Shown piece by piece: positions 29,001 to 36,806 of a stretch of DNA of 53,809 nt. The notes under the pieces are model-generated. The model was not told the DNA's origin. It worked only from the letters and a program-made list of their open reading frames with translations, and made no database searches. Source of the stretch: a virus (taxonomy: Duplodnaviria; Caudoviricetes); IMG/VR virus record IMGVR_UViG_3300032214_001510, positions 1 through 53,809 of that record, one strand, 5' to 3'. Made by a program: the position numbers and the translations under genes. Position 1 is the stretch's first letter, and each line of letters begins with the position of its first letter.

Positions 29001-30086
29001 GGTTCACTAGGAATTACTTCTAGAGGAGTTGATGGAACTTCCATTCTAACCCACGAATCTGGTGAATTACTTTACAAGTATGAATTTGGTGGTGTTTCTT
29101 TAGCTAGAATCAATAAAACACATTCTTTCCCAACCAATTCATCATTACAGTCTAAAAATGATTTAAACAAATATTATATTCAAATTTCTAGACCTGCAGA
29201 TAGAAATTCTGGAGATTCTCTCTTAAGTTTTAATAGAGAGTTTCAGGGTGGTGGAGATTTAGGAGAATCTTCTCGCAACTTCCAGTATTCTGGAATTACT
29301 CCACAAATCACTGCTATTGCTCCTGGAGACAGTACATCAATTTCAGCACAATTAAGAACTGTAAGTGGAACTAGTGCTGGTGGAAATGAAGTTTCCTTTG
29401 TTGATCAGGGATATGAAAGCATTCAACTTGGTGCTATTAACTTTTTATCAACAACTAGGTTAGTTGCATCAAGAATTAATGAAACCACATATCTTACAGA
29501 TCTTCCAAAAAATAGATCATTAACTGTTGGGGTTAGACTTCAAACCGAAGATCCTAATCTTTCACCAGTTATTGATTTAAATACAACTAATATTACTCTT
29601 CGTAGAAGTTTATTAAATAATCCAATAACTGATTATGTTACTGATGGAAGAGTAAATGAACTTAATAATGATCCCCACGCTGCGGTCTACCTATCAAGAA
29701 GAATAAACATTGCACAACCAGCATCATCATTGAAAGTTTTAGTTGCAGCAAATAGACCTGCATCTGCAGATTTTAGAGTTCTGTATAGACTTTTCCGCCC
29801 AGATTCCAGTGGTGTTGAACCAACTTTTGATCTTTTTCCTGGATATGATAATTTAATTGATACGGACGGTGATGGATTCGGTGATACTATTGTCGATGAT
29901 TCTTTAAAAACTGGTAAAGCAGATGCTGAAGTTAGAGCAAGTAAAACTGGTGAATTTTTAGAATATCAATTCTCGATTGATAATCTAAGCCCATTCAGTG
30001 GATATCAAATTAAAATTGTTATGAGTGGAACTGATGAGGCTAATCCACCAGAATTTAAAGATCTTAGAACAATTGCATTGGCATAA
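23040..30086 (+). CDS. VrlC-like / DUF4815-type large virion structural protein
   Basis: N-terminal PYYDDFD...VLFKPG.PVQARELT; RYTMRDIGKLE, RFKSGFFVDDF and DPLAQSF motifs. Confidence 0.85.
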   Translation: MPQKTNLNINPYYDDFDKNDNFYRVLFKPGFPVQARELTSLQSILQNQIESFGSHIFKEGSMVIPGGITYDNAYYAIKINPDHLGIDVSLYLDSLIGITLQGQTSGSTAVVDNYILPPTLDVEVPTLFIKYRSAGAEAAFSTFEDGELLITQSNVQYGSNVINSGSSVATVFSIGASAIGTRVNISQGVYFIRGTFVDVQSSQIILDAYENTPSYRVGLTILEEIITAGDDEDLYDNAKGFSNYAAPGADRLKITAVLSKKALTDFDDKNFVELIRLDNGEVKKLADKTQYNIIRDYFAKRTYEESGDYSVDKFSVEVANSLNDLISSDGVFLDTQKTDQGNTPAENLLAVKVSAGKAYVRGFDVESKTTTIIDVDKPRETKTVGTSLVPFELGSLIRVNNVYGTPFIGINQTNNTVDLRDRRITNPTASSGSAIGKARVYSFGLSESSYANPSTQWDLYLFDIQTYTTLEINTSLVAAQCPASSFIRGLSSGATGYVVTAPSGTTVTLSQVSGKFIAGEQIYVNETLEFTRSIKKVKDYTVDDIKSVYQASNSITAELKTIFNADVVLQQKTAPGFSIVDNLFIAASGIATCAGRSFLGIRTDALVRYQQVGVNTATFNRVEYVSSDGKTLKLVGISSDVVGVSLGNLPTTPYAGPFSIVTPLLREKEDTSLTAPINSTNVSRVDLGQSNLLISYQFRQLSTDAGGTLTVNVSASGISSAFFETYDADRYSVHYADGIIEDLTPDQFTLQSNSTILRLDGLKVSQSNNVTVNATIRKISVKNKQKLFVRSEKLGVTRTVSAASTDITGLTTSFYYGSRVEDREISLNYPDAVEIIAVYESLDKSVPVLDKLTFVSGLNLDTASVIGEKIIGKNSKSVAQLVTRSSSTEVEFVYLNKSKFILGEEVTFSESNISSTIQGITAGQYLNIGDRYSLEKGQKNQYYDYSRIVRKLGQPAPSKRLLIIFNRYDVPTNDTGDIYTANSYEQERYAKDIPTLPDGTRLSDVLDVRPRVAYFDSYTSSPFDYSTRSFGSVASNTTLVVSPNESSLIGYSYYLPRIDKIVLNKEGEFSYLKGTPADNPKPPTNAEFAMEIATIQFPAYLYNPRKDSKITLVDNRRYTMRDIGKLEDRIENLEIVTSLSLLELDTKTLQVQDADGLTRFKSGFFVDDFKDNNLLGAGTKADINVNESKLITETDFYSFQPLLALDPSIDENAADFNTDLSLLDPNVRKTGELITLNYEEKGWLEQPLASRAENVNPFNMVAFFGSVILRPNADTWVRNVYVPGGTRQVTGGSDYEFIENIKIASAPEQWMRSRNVEFVAGGLRPGDTYYTFLDGVSGIDIIPKVLEIEMTSGVFNIGETVEGYVGNERIIRFRVASPVHKDGAYDNPSREYAVNPYNFSQSMPRNYSASSTTLTIDTNAMSRQALGEYFGRVEIGCTLYGRSSNAIAKVSKVRLRTDNFGDLLGCFFLKDPLTTPPPNIRIGTGVKSFQITTSATNAQPLPGSLLISNAETVYSSTGIVDTYRQDRVIVRRPPPPRGKGKDPLAQSFTVDETGAFLTSVDLFFASKDEDERCFVEVREVELGTPRNSAMADFAGQALEPSQIAISTNATIPTRVTFPSPIYLEPRREYAIVVLAPSTNNYELWVARMGEKTVNSQFLPDAESVIVTKQYTGGSLFKSQNGSIWTASQFEDMKFKLYKANFTSSDGTAYFYNPSLGIDDDNTPSLLPNPLKVNPRKLKVGITTTTILGSVLIPGTKVSEGTQPGPYGFIEKLGSKITSVNITNAGSGYTLSASYTAVPLYNITGSGTGATANLTFSGNVLTGITVNAAGNGYAVGDVLGVTTSSVSKGRNAQITVTAIDGIDTLYLTNVQGETFTAAQQLVYYNGTSSVSLALTTILNSSVLSDFYDGTVFEVASYGHSMHSLNNRVQIKGIEPDTVPTVLSSNFGLSDNTLSIASTSGFNNFEGISTSSGYVKVGSEIMFYQSIGSGSLGITSRGVDGTSILTHESGELLYKYEFGGVSLARINKTHSFPTNSSLQSKNDLNKYYIQISRPADRNSGDSLLSFNREFQGGGDLGESSRNFQYSGITPQITAIAPGDSTSISAQLRTVSGTSAGGNEVSFVDQGYESIQLGAINFLSTTRLVASRINETTYLTDLPKNRSLTVGVRLQTEDPNLSPVIDLNTTNITLRRSLLNNPITDYVTDGRVNELNNDPHAAVYLSRRINIAQPASSLKVLVAANRPASADFRVLYRLFRPDSSGVEPTFDLFPGYDNLIDTDGDGFGDTIVDDSLKTGKADAEVRASKTGEFLEYQFSIDNLSPFSGYQIKIVMSGTDEANPPEFKDLRTIALA

Positions 30087-30087
30087 T

Positions 30088-30288
30088 ATGATTAAAGTAG
30101 AAGGGCATGGGAACTTGTTTAGAGATGAAGATAGTGGTGCTATCATGAACTTAGATCATTCTGGATATCAAGAATATGTTAGAAAACGTAGTTTAAAAAA
30201 GAAAGAAAAAGAAGAAGTTCAGAATCTTAGATCTGAAATTGAAGAAATTAAGTCTATGTTGCACCAAATTCTAAATGATAGGAAATAG
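30088..30288 (+). CDS. Small coiled-coil protein
   Basis: MIKVEGHGNLFRDEDSGAI... with a heptad C-terminus. ATG30088 is preferred over the track start. Confidence 0.8.
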   Translation: MIKVEGHGNLFRDEDSGAIMNLDHSGYQEYVRKRSLKKKEKEEVQNLRSEIEEIKSMLHQILNDRK

Positions 30289-30293
30289 GTTGA

Positions 30294-30301
30294 TATAAAT
30301 A
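30294..30301 (+). promoter_or_regulatory. T4-type late promoter TATAAATA
   Basis: Perfect consensus, intergenic. Confidence 0.85.
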
Positions 30302-30324
30302 AGTATAGAATTTGATTTTAGTAA

Positions 30325-30666
30325 ATGGCAGCAGTCTATACTAGTAATCTGGTAATTAATGCTGGCACAGACTTCAGTCAGATCTTTTCTTTGGAAAATA
30401 ATACTTCCAGTTCTGATTTAAATCTAACAAATTATTCTGTCAATGCATTATTGAGAAAACATCATGGAAGCAGTTCTTCAACTGTTTTTTCTGCACAGGT
30501 AACCGATGCATTGGCTGGAAACGTTAGAATTGGTTTAGGTGCGACAATAACCGCATCATTAAAACCAGGAAGATATGTATATGACGTTGTTATTACTGAC
30601 AACGTAGGTGCCAAGACTCGTGTTGTAGAAGGGATGGCTTTAGTCAGGGAGGGAGTTACTCGCTAA
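30325..30666 (+). CDS. Small Ig-like (BppU-type) virion protein
   Basis: LKPGRYVYDVVI...RVVEG motif. Confidence 0.7.
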   Translation: MAAVYTSNLVINAGTDFSQIFSLENNTSSSDLNLTNYSVNALLRKHHGSSSSTVFSAQVTDALAGNVRIGLGATITASLKPGRYVYDVVITDNVGAKTRVVEGMALVREGVTR

Positions 30667-30893
30667 TGGCAGACGTAAGAGTTAGAGTTGGACAACAACC
30701 TGCTATTAAAGTCGTATCATCTCTTGCTGGTGAAATTGGTGGTACATTAGGAAATTTGAGTGATGTTAATATCACTAACCCATCAAACGGAATGGTTCTT
30801 GTATATAATGGATCAACGGGAAAATGGGACGCAACTTTGGAATTGACACCAGGCGTCACTCAGAATTTAGACATCAACGGAGGTAGCTTCTAA
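30666..30893 (+). CDS. Small virion / fibre-associated protein
   Basis: LSDVNI...NGMVLVYN..GKW motif; translationally coupled to its neighbours (TAATG). Confidence 0.7.
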   Translation: MADVRVRVGQQPAIKVVSSLAGEIGGTLGNLSDVNITNPSNGMVLVYNGSTGKWDATLELTPGVTQNLDINGGSF

Positions 30894-32551
30894 TGGCAAG
30901 TATCATAAGGGTCAAAAGATCTAGTGGTACTAATATACCAGGATCCCTACAATGGGGTGAATTAGCATATGTTACTGGTATTGGTAGTTACGGTGGTCTA
31001 AACCAATACAAAGACAGAGTTTTCATTGGGGATGATGGATCCAATGTTCTCTCAATCGGTGGTAGATATTATACCTCCATGATGGATCATCAACCTGGAA
31101 CTGTTCAGGGAGTTGTTAATACAAGAAATTCCGATGGTGGCATACTTGCCATCATGGATAATAATAGAAAAGTTGATCAGTGGAACGTAGACAATCTCCG
31201 TTTAGACGGCAATACCTTCTCAAGTGAAAATACAAACGGTGATATTATAGTTTCTCCAAATGGAACTGGGGACTTTATTTTCACTGGTGGAGCATCTCAA
31301 CAGTATAGAATTAACGATGGAGTTATTGATCGATTTATTGTTGATACGATTAATGGATCAACAACGATTAATCAAGGAACTCTGACTGACAATGAGCCAA
31401 CTTTAGAATCTGGAGCAACTTGGAATAATCCTGGAGTAGCTTTTACAGGAATTACTTTTAATGCAATTAATCTCGATTCTGCTGCTGGTTCAAGTTTACT
31501 TCTTTTAAGAGCAAACAGTCAAGATGTATTTTCAGTTGGTGTAAATGGTATTACAACCACAACTGGTATTGGAACAGTAGTTTCTGGAGCAGGTGGTCCT
31601 GGTAATTTCTTTGTCAATAATCTTTTAAGTGCTCAAACAACTACAACTCAGAACTTAAATGTTTTAAGTTCTTTTAATCTCATAGGAATTACTTCGTTCT
31701 TAGGTAGAATTAATCAAACTGGATTATTCTACAATGAAGGTGGAGCAGTAATCGATAACATTGGAATTAGTTCTAATGTTATTTCTACAAAACCAGGTGC
31801 AGGTAATCAACTATTCATTGACCCATATCCTGATGGTAAGAGTAATGAAGGTACTGTTATCATTAAGGGTGACCTACAAGTTGATGGTACTACAGTTACT
31901 GTAAACTCCTCATCAACAACTATTAATGATGCTATTCTTCGTCTCGGTGATGTAACAACCGAAAGAGTTGTTATGTCAGATGCCCTTGCTGGTGTTAGTA
32001 CAATTCGTTTAGACTCGGTTGTTGGACTCAATACAAATGATGTAGTTTCTGGATCTGCTAAACTTTCACCATCTGGAATTACAACTATTACATCAATTGA
32101 TAGTGGAACCAAAATCATCACTATCAATGATACTGTACAGGCAGGTGGTATCTCAACAACAACTCAACTAGTTATTACAACTGGTTATGATACCAATACC
32201 GATCGTGGTATTTCATACAACTGGAATAGTGGAATTGGGTCAGGTAACAATAAACTAGGATTCTTTGGTTATGACGATAGCACTGGTTATTGGACTTATG
32301 TACCAGATGCAACTAATACTAATGAAGTTATTAGTGGAGTAAAGGGAACTTTAGATGTTGGTGCAATTTATCTTGATTGGGCAGTATCTGGCATACATAC
32401 TAGAGGATCATTATACTTCGATTCTCTTGGAAAAATTATTAGTACAAATTCACCAGAAACTGGATATGCATCCACTTCTAATTATGTACTAACAACTAAT
32501 GCAAGTAATGTTCCTGTTTGGACTGATGCAATTGACGGAGGTACTTTCTAA
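30893..32551 (+). CDS. Tail fibre-like structural protein
   Basis: N-terminal IRVKRS...L..GELAY, GDLQVDGTTVTVNS motif, C-terminal IDGGTF. Confidence 0.7.
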   Translation: MASIIRVKRSSGTNIPGSLQWGELAYVTGIGSYGGLNQYKDRVFIGDDGSNVLSIGGRYYTSMMDHQPGTVQGVVNTRNSDGGILAIMDNNRKVDQWNVDNLRLDGNTFSSENTNGDIIVSPNGTGDFIFTGGASQQYRINDGVIDRFIVDTINGSTTINQGTLTDNEPTLESGATWNNPGVAFTGITFNAINLDSAAGSSLLLLRANSQDVFSVGVNGITTTTGIGTVVSGAGGPGNFFVNNLLSAQTTTTQNLNVLSSFNLIGITSFLGRINQTGLFYNEGGAVIDNIGISSNVISTKPGAGNQLFIDPYPDGKSNEGTVIIKGDLQVDGTTVTVNSSSTTINDAILRLGDVTTERVVMSDALAGVSTIRLDSVVGLNTNDVVSGSAKLSPSGITTITSIDSGTKIITINDTVQAGGISTTTQLVITTGYDTNTDRGISYNWNSGIGSGNNKLGFFGYDDSTGYWTYVPDATNTNEVISGVKGTLDVGAIYLDWAVSGIHTRGSLYFDSLGKIISTNSPETGYASTSNYVLTTNASNVPVWTDAIDGGTF

Positions 32552-32553
32552 AA

Positions 32554-32799
32554 ATGAATGGTGAAATTGATGTGAACATTTTAGCTTCTGTTTACAGTGA
32601 AAAAATAAATGCTTTAACTTCACAAAACATTTTATTAGAAGCAAAATTAAAATCCATTATTAAGGATTTTAGTGAGGAAAAAAATAAGTTGTTAATGGCA
32701 AACTTGGAATTGCAAAGACAACTTGATACACTCGATGGTGATGATGATTTTACCCCTAAAAAATCATCAAAAACAGAAACAAAAGATTACACGGAATAA
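32554..32799 (+). CDS. Coiled-coil hypothetical protein
   Basis: 81-aa ORF with a heptad pattern. Confidence 0.75.
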   Translation: MNGEIDVNILASVYSEKINALTSQNILLEAKLKSIIKDFSEEKNKLLMANLELQRQLDTLDGDDDFTPKKSSKTETKDYTE

Positions 32800-32809
32800 G
32801 GAGTGAAAA

Positions 32810-33652
32810 ATGGCAAAACCAAGTACAAGACAGGAATTGATTGATTATTGTCTAAGGAGACTTGGTGCGCCTGTTTTAGAAATTAATGTTGATGACGATC
32901 AAATTGATGACTTAGTGGATGATGCCATTCAGTACTTCCAGGAACGTCATTTTGATGGCGTTGAAAGAATGTACTTAAAGTACAAGATTACTCAAGATGA
33001 TCTTGATAGGGGTAGGGCAAAAAATACGAATGGGATTGGTATTGTAACAACAACTGCAAATTCTACCATTCCTGGATATGGAACTACATCATTTAATTTT
33101 TATGAAACATCCAACTACATCCAAGTTCCTGATTCTGTTATAGGAATAGAAAAAGTTTTTAAATTTGATACTAGTTCCATATCTGGTGGTATGTTTAGTA
33201 TCAAATATCAGTTATTCTTAAATGATCTTTATTATTTTAATTCAGTTGAGTTACTGCAATATGCAATGACTAAAACATATTTGGAAGATATTGACTTTTT
33301 ACTCTCTACAGATAAACAAGTTAGATTTAATAAGAGACAAGATCGTCTTTATCTTGACATTGATTGGGGATCAGAATCAAAAGATAATTGGATAGTTCTT
33401 GATTGTTATCGAGCATTGGATCCAGCATCCTTTAGTCAAGTATATAATGATTCTTTCCTCAAAAAATATCTAACAGCATTGATTAAGAGGCAATGGGGTC
33501 AAAATCTTATTAAATTTAATGGTGTTAAGTTACCAGGCGGAATTGAGTTAAATGGTAGACAATTATATGATGATGCTGAAAGAGAATTAGATGACATTAA
33601 GTCAAGAATGACTTTAGAGTACGAATTACCACCTTACGATTTTATTGGATAA
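32810..33652 (+). CDS. gp13: Neck protein gp13
   Basis: LRRLGAPVLEINV and KRQWGQNLIKF..V.LPGG motifs. Confidence 0.95.
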   Translation: MAKPSTRQELIDYCLRRLGAPVLEINVDDDQIDDLVDDAIQYFQERHFDGVERMYLKYKITQDDLDRGRAKNTNGIGIVTTTANSTIPGYGTTSFNFYETSNYIQVPDSVIGIEKVFKFDTSSISGGMFSIKYQLFLNDLYYFNSVELLQYAMTKTYLEDIDFLLSTDKQVRFNKRQDRLYLDIDWGSESKDNWIVLDCYRALDPASFSQVYNDSFLKKYLTALIKRQWGQNLIKFNGVKLPGGIELNGRQLYDDAERELDDIKSRMTLEYELPPYDFIG

Positions 33653-35322
33653 TGGCACTTAATCCATTTTTTCTTCAGGGATCTTTTAGTGAGCAAAGAC
33701 TTGTACAAGAGTTGATTAATGAACAACTCAAGATATATGGTGTCGAAGTTACTTATATTCCAAGAAAAGTAGTTGGGAGAGGAAAACTTTATGGATATGA
33801 AGATCTAAAAGAAATTAGTTCGTCAACTTTCGACGATAATTTTTTATTAGAAGCATACGTACAAAACTACGAAGGATATGCTGGTTCGGGGGATATTTTA
33901 ACCAAATTTGGAATGTCTCTAAGAGACGAAGTCACACTAGTTATTTCTAGAGAACGATTCGAGGATTTTATATCTCCATTTTTGTCAGGATTGCCAGAAG
34001 ATGAAATTTTACTAAGTGCAAGACCTAAAGAAGGTGATTTGATATATTTTCCATTAGGTGGAAGATTATTTGAGGTTAAATTTGTTGAGCATGAAAGTCC
34101 ATTTTATCAGTTAGGTAAAAATTATGTTTATGAATTAAAATGTGAACTCTTTGAGTATGAAGATGAAGTTATTGATACTTCAATTGATGAGATTGATCGC
34201 ACAATTGAGGATGATGGTTACATCACTACGCTCATCTTGTCTGGATTGGGTGTAACTGCGACCGCTAATCCAACTGTTAACACTGGATATGTCAGAGAAA
34301 TATTTTTAAATGATGATGGGTATGATTATACATCAACCCCAACGATTACTTTCTCATCTCCATCTGGAGGAACTCAGGCAACTGCGGTTGCTATTACAAC
34401 TAACAAAAGTGGAGTTTATTCGATATCACAAATTTTATTAACAAATGCAGGTAGTGGATATACTTCTGCACCCAGTATAATAATTACTGGTGGAAATGGA
34501 ACTGGGGCAGCAGCAACTTGCAGTATAGCAAATGGATTTGGATATTTTGGGATAACTCAACTTACTTTGGGTGCTCAAGGATCTGGATACCCAACTCCAC
34601 CAATTGTTACAGTATCAAATCCAACTGGTGTGGCAGGAGTTGCCACTGCTGGAATATCAACTCTTGGATCAGTTAATGCAATAAGTATTGCTAATGGTGG
34701 AACTTTCTATGATCCAAATAAAAATCCAGTAGTTACCTTCTCCACACCAAGTCCACAACCATCTGGATTTGTAACTGCAACTGGATATGCTGTAGTAGGA
34801 TCTGCAGGTACTATAACCTCAATTGTATTATCCAATGTTGGATTTGGATATACTGTACCACCGACAATAAGTATTGGTAGTAGTTTTGCTGACAAAGTTG
34901 GATTAAATACTGCAAGAGCTGTGGCAGTTGTTAATAATGCAGACCAAGTTTCAGGTTTAAGAATTGTTGATCCTGGTAATGGATATATTTCTGGTAACGT
35001 AACAGTTACTATTGCAAATCCACCAAGAATTACTGGAATAGGTACATATCAATTTAATGAATTGGTTGTTGGATCGCAATCCAGAACTACCGCAAGAGTT
35101 AAATCTTGGGACTCGGATACGAGGACTCTTAAAGTTGGAATAAATAGTGGAACCTTCTATGAAGGTGAGGACATAGTTGGTGCCGCTTCTTCGGCAATTT
35201 TCTCACTGTCTTCATATGATCAAATGGATATTTACGATCCATATGCACAAAATGACGAGATAGAAGCAATAGCAGATCAACTTATAGATTTTTCAGAATC
35301 GAATCCATTTGGTAATTACTAA
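33652..35322 (+). CDS. gp14: Neck protein gp14 with a large repeat insertion
   Basis: RPKEGDLIYFP, PFYQLGKNY and DFSESNPFG motifs. Confidence 0.92.
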   Translation: MALNPFFLQGSFSEQRLVQELINEQLKIYGVEVTYIPRKVVGRGKLYGYEDLKEISSSTFDDNFLLEAYVQNYEGYAGSGDILTKFGMSLRDEVTLVISRERFEDFISPFLSGLPEDEILLSARPKEGDLIYFPLGGRLFEVKFVEHESPFYQLGKNYVYELKCELFEYEDEVIDTSIDEIDRTIEDDGYITTLILSGLGVTATANPTVNTGYVREIFLNDDGYDYTSTPTITFSSPSGGTQATAVAITTNKSGVYSISQILLTNAGSGYTSAPSIIITGGNGTGAAATCSIANGFGYFGITQLTLGAQGSGYPTPPIVTVSNPTGVAGVATAGISTLGSVNAISIANGGTFYDPNKNPVVTFSTPSPQPSGFVTATGYAVVGSAGTITSIVLSNVGFGYTVPPTISIGSSFADKVGLNTARAVAVVNNADQVSGLRIVDPGNGYISGNVTVTIANPPRITGIGTYQFNELVVGSQSRTTARVKSWDSDTRTLKVGINSGTFYEGEDIVGAASSAIFSLSSYDQMDIYDPYAQNDEIEAIADQLIDFSESNPFGNY

Positions 35323-36365
35323 TGTTAGGAACTTATTTTTATCATCATATTATTAGAAAAACTGTAGTATCTTTTGGTACTATTTTTAATCAAATTCATA
35401 TTAAACATAAAGATGATGATGGATTGGCAATTAGTGATATGCGGGTTCCACTGGCATATGGTCCAAGACAAAAGTTTTTAGCGAGAATTGAACAGCAACC
35501 AGAGTTAAATAAACCAACTCAGATTAGTTTGCCAAGAATGTCATTTGAGATGAATTCTTTGCAATATGACGCAACTAGAAAGGCAGGTGTAACGCAAACA
35601 TTTAAAGCTTCTGATGGAACTAATTTAAAAAAGGTATATTTACCAGTTCCATATAATATTGGATTTGAACTTAATATCTTAACTAAACTAAATGATGATG
35701 CTCTTCAGATAGTGGAGCAGATACTACCATTTTTTCAACCAGCATTTACAATCACAATTGATCTCATTGATTCAATTGGGGAAAAAAGAGATATTCCTGT
35801 TGTCTTGGAATCGATAAACTTCCAAGATGATTATGAAGGAGATTTCTCAACTCGAAGATCACTAATTTATACACTTCAGTTTACAGCAAAAACTTATCTC
35901 TTTGGTCCTATTGCTGAGACAACTGATGGACTCATTAAGAAAGTTCAGGTTGATCAGTACAGTTCTCTCGATAGAACAACTGCTAAGAGAGAGATGAGAT
36001 ATACAGTGACAGCGAAGGCACTTAAAGATTATGATTCTGATGCCACAACGTTTATAACTGATCCAATTAATAAAGCAGTTATAACTTTAGAAGTTAATGA
36101 TGCATCACTTCTTTCAGTTAATAATAGAATTGCCATTGATGATGAAATTATGTTGATTAACTCCATATCTGGAAATACGCTTACAGTACAAAGAGCATAC
36201 GATGGTACAATCGCTACAGAACATACAGATAATAGTACTATTAATGTTTTAACCGCTGCAGATGATGCGAGAATAGATCCAGATGATGACTTTGGATTCT
36301 CAGAAAACTTTGATTACTTTGCAGATTCTAGGACTTATAGCCCAGTTCGCCAAATTGATGTTTGA
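35322..36365 (+). CDS. gp15: Tail sheath stabiliser / terminator gp15
   Basis: VPLAYGP..KFL, LPRMSFE and QIVEQILPFFQP motifs. Confidence 0.93.
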   Translation: MLGTYFYHHIIRKTVVSFGTIFNQIHIKHKDDDGLAISDMRVPLAYGPRQKFLARIEQQPELNKPTQISLPRMSFEMNSLQYDATRKAGVTQTFKASDGTNLKKVYLPVPYNIGFELNILTKLNDDALQIVEQILPFFQPAFTITIDLIDSIGEKRDIPVVLESINFQDDYEGDFSTRRSLIYTLQFTAKTYLFGPIAETTDGLIKKVQVDQYSSLDRTTAKREMRYTVTAKALKDYDSDATTFITDPINKAVITLEVNDASLLSVNNRIAIDDEIMLINSISGNTLTVQRAYDGTIATEHTDNSTINVLTAADDARIDPDDDFGFSENFDYFADSRTYSPVRQIDV

Positions 36366-36371
36366 TAAATT

Positions 36372-36794
36372 ATGTCAAATTCTTTCGATAAATTAGATAA
36401 AATTCTTTCTACAGAAAGTAATATTGTTGATGTTGATTCTGATAGCACTGCGATAGAACTTGTAAGTGATGATAAAGGTGATATAAAAAAGGATTATGAT
36501 TATACAAGGGCAAATCTTTATTCATTGATTGAGAAAGGTCAAGAAGCAATCAATGGCATCTTGGAACTTGCTGGAGAAGGTGGAAGTCCAAGAGCATATG
36601 AAGTTGCTGGTCAATTAATTAAAAGTGTTGCAGATACAACTGATAAATTAATGGATCTACAGAAGAAACTGAAAGATGTAGAGGAAGAATCTACAAAATC
36701 AACAACAAATGTTACCAATAACTCTTTATTTGTTGGGTCTACTGCTGAGTTATCAAAATTATTAAAACAAGGTTTTCTAAATAATAAAGAGTAA
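36372..36794 (+). CDS. gp16: Terminase small subunit gp16
   Basis: DYDYTRANL, PRAYEVAGQL and FVGSTAEL motifs. Confidence 0.93.
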   Translation: MSNSFDKLDKILSTESNIVDVDSDSTAIELVSDDKGDIKKDYDYTRANLYSLIEKGQEAINGILELAGEGGSPRAYEVAGQLIKSVADTTDKLMDLQKKLKDVEEESTKSTTNVTNNSLFVGSTAELSKLLKQGFLNNKE

Positions 36795-36806
36795 TCTTTT
36801 ATTAAT

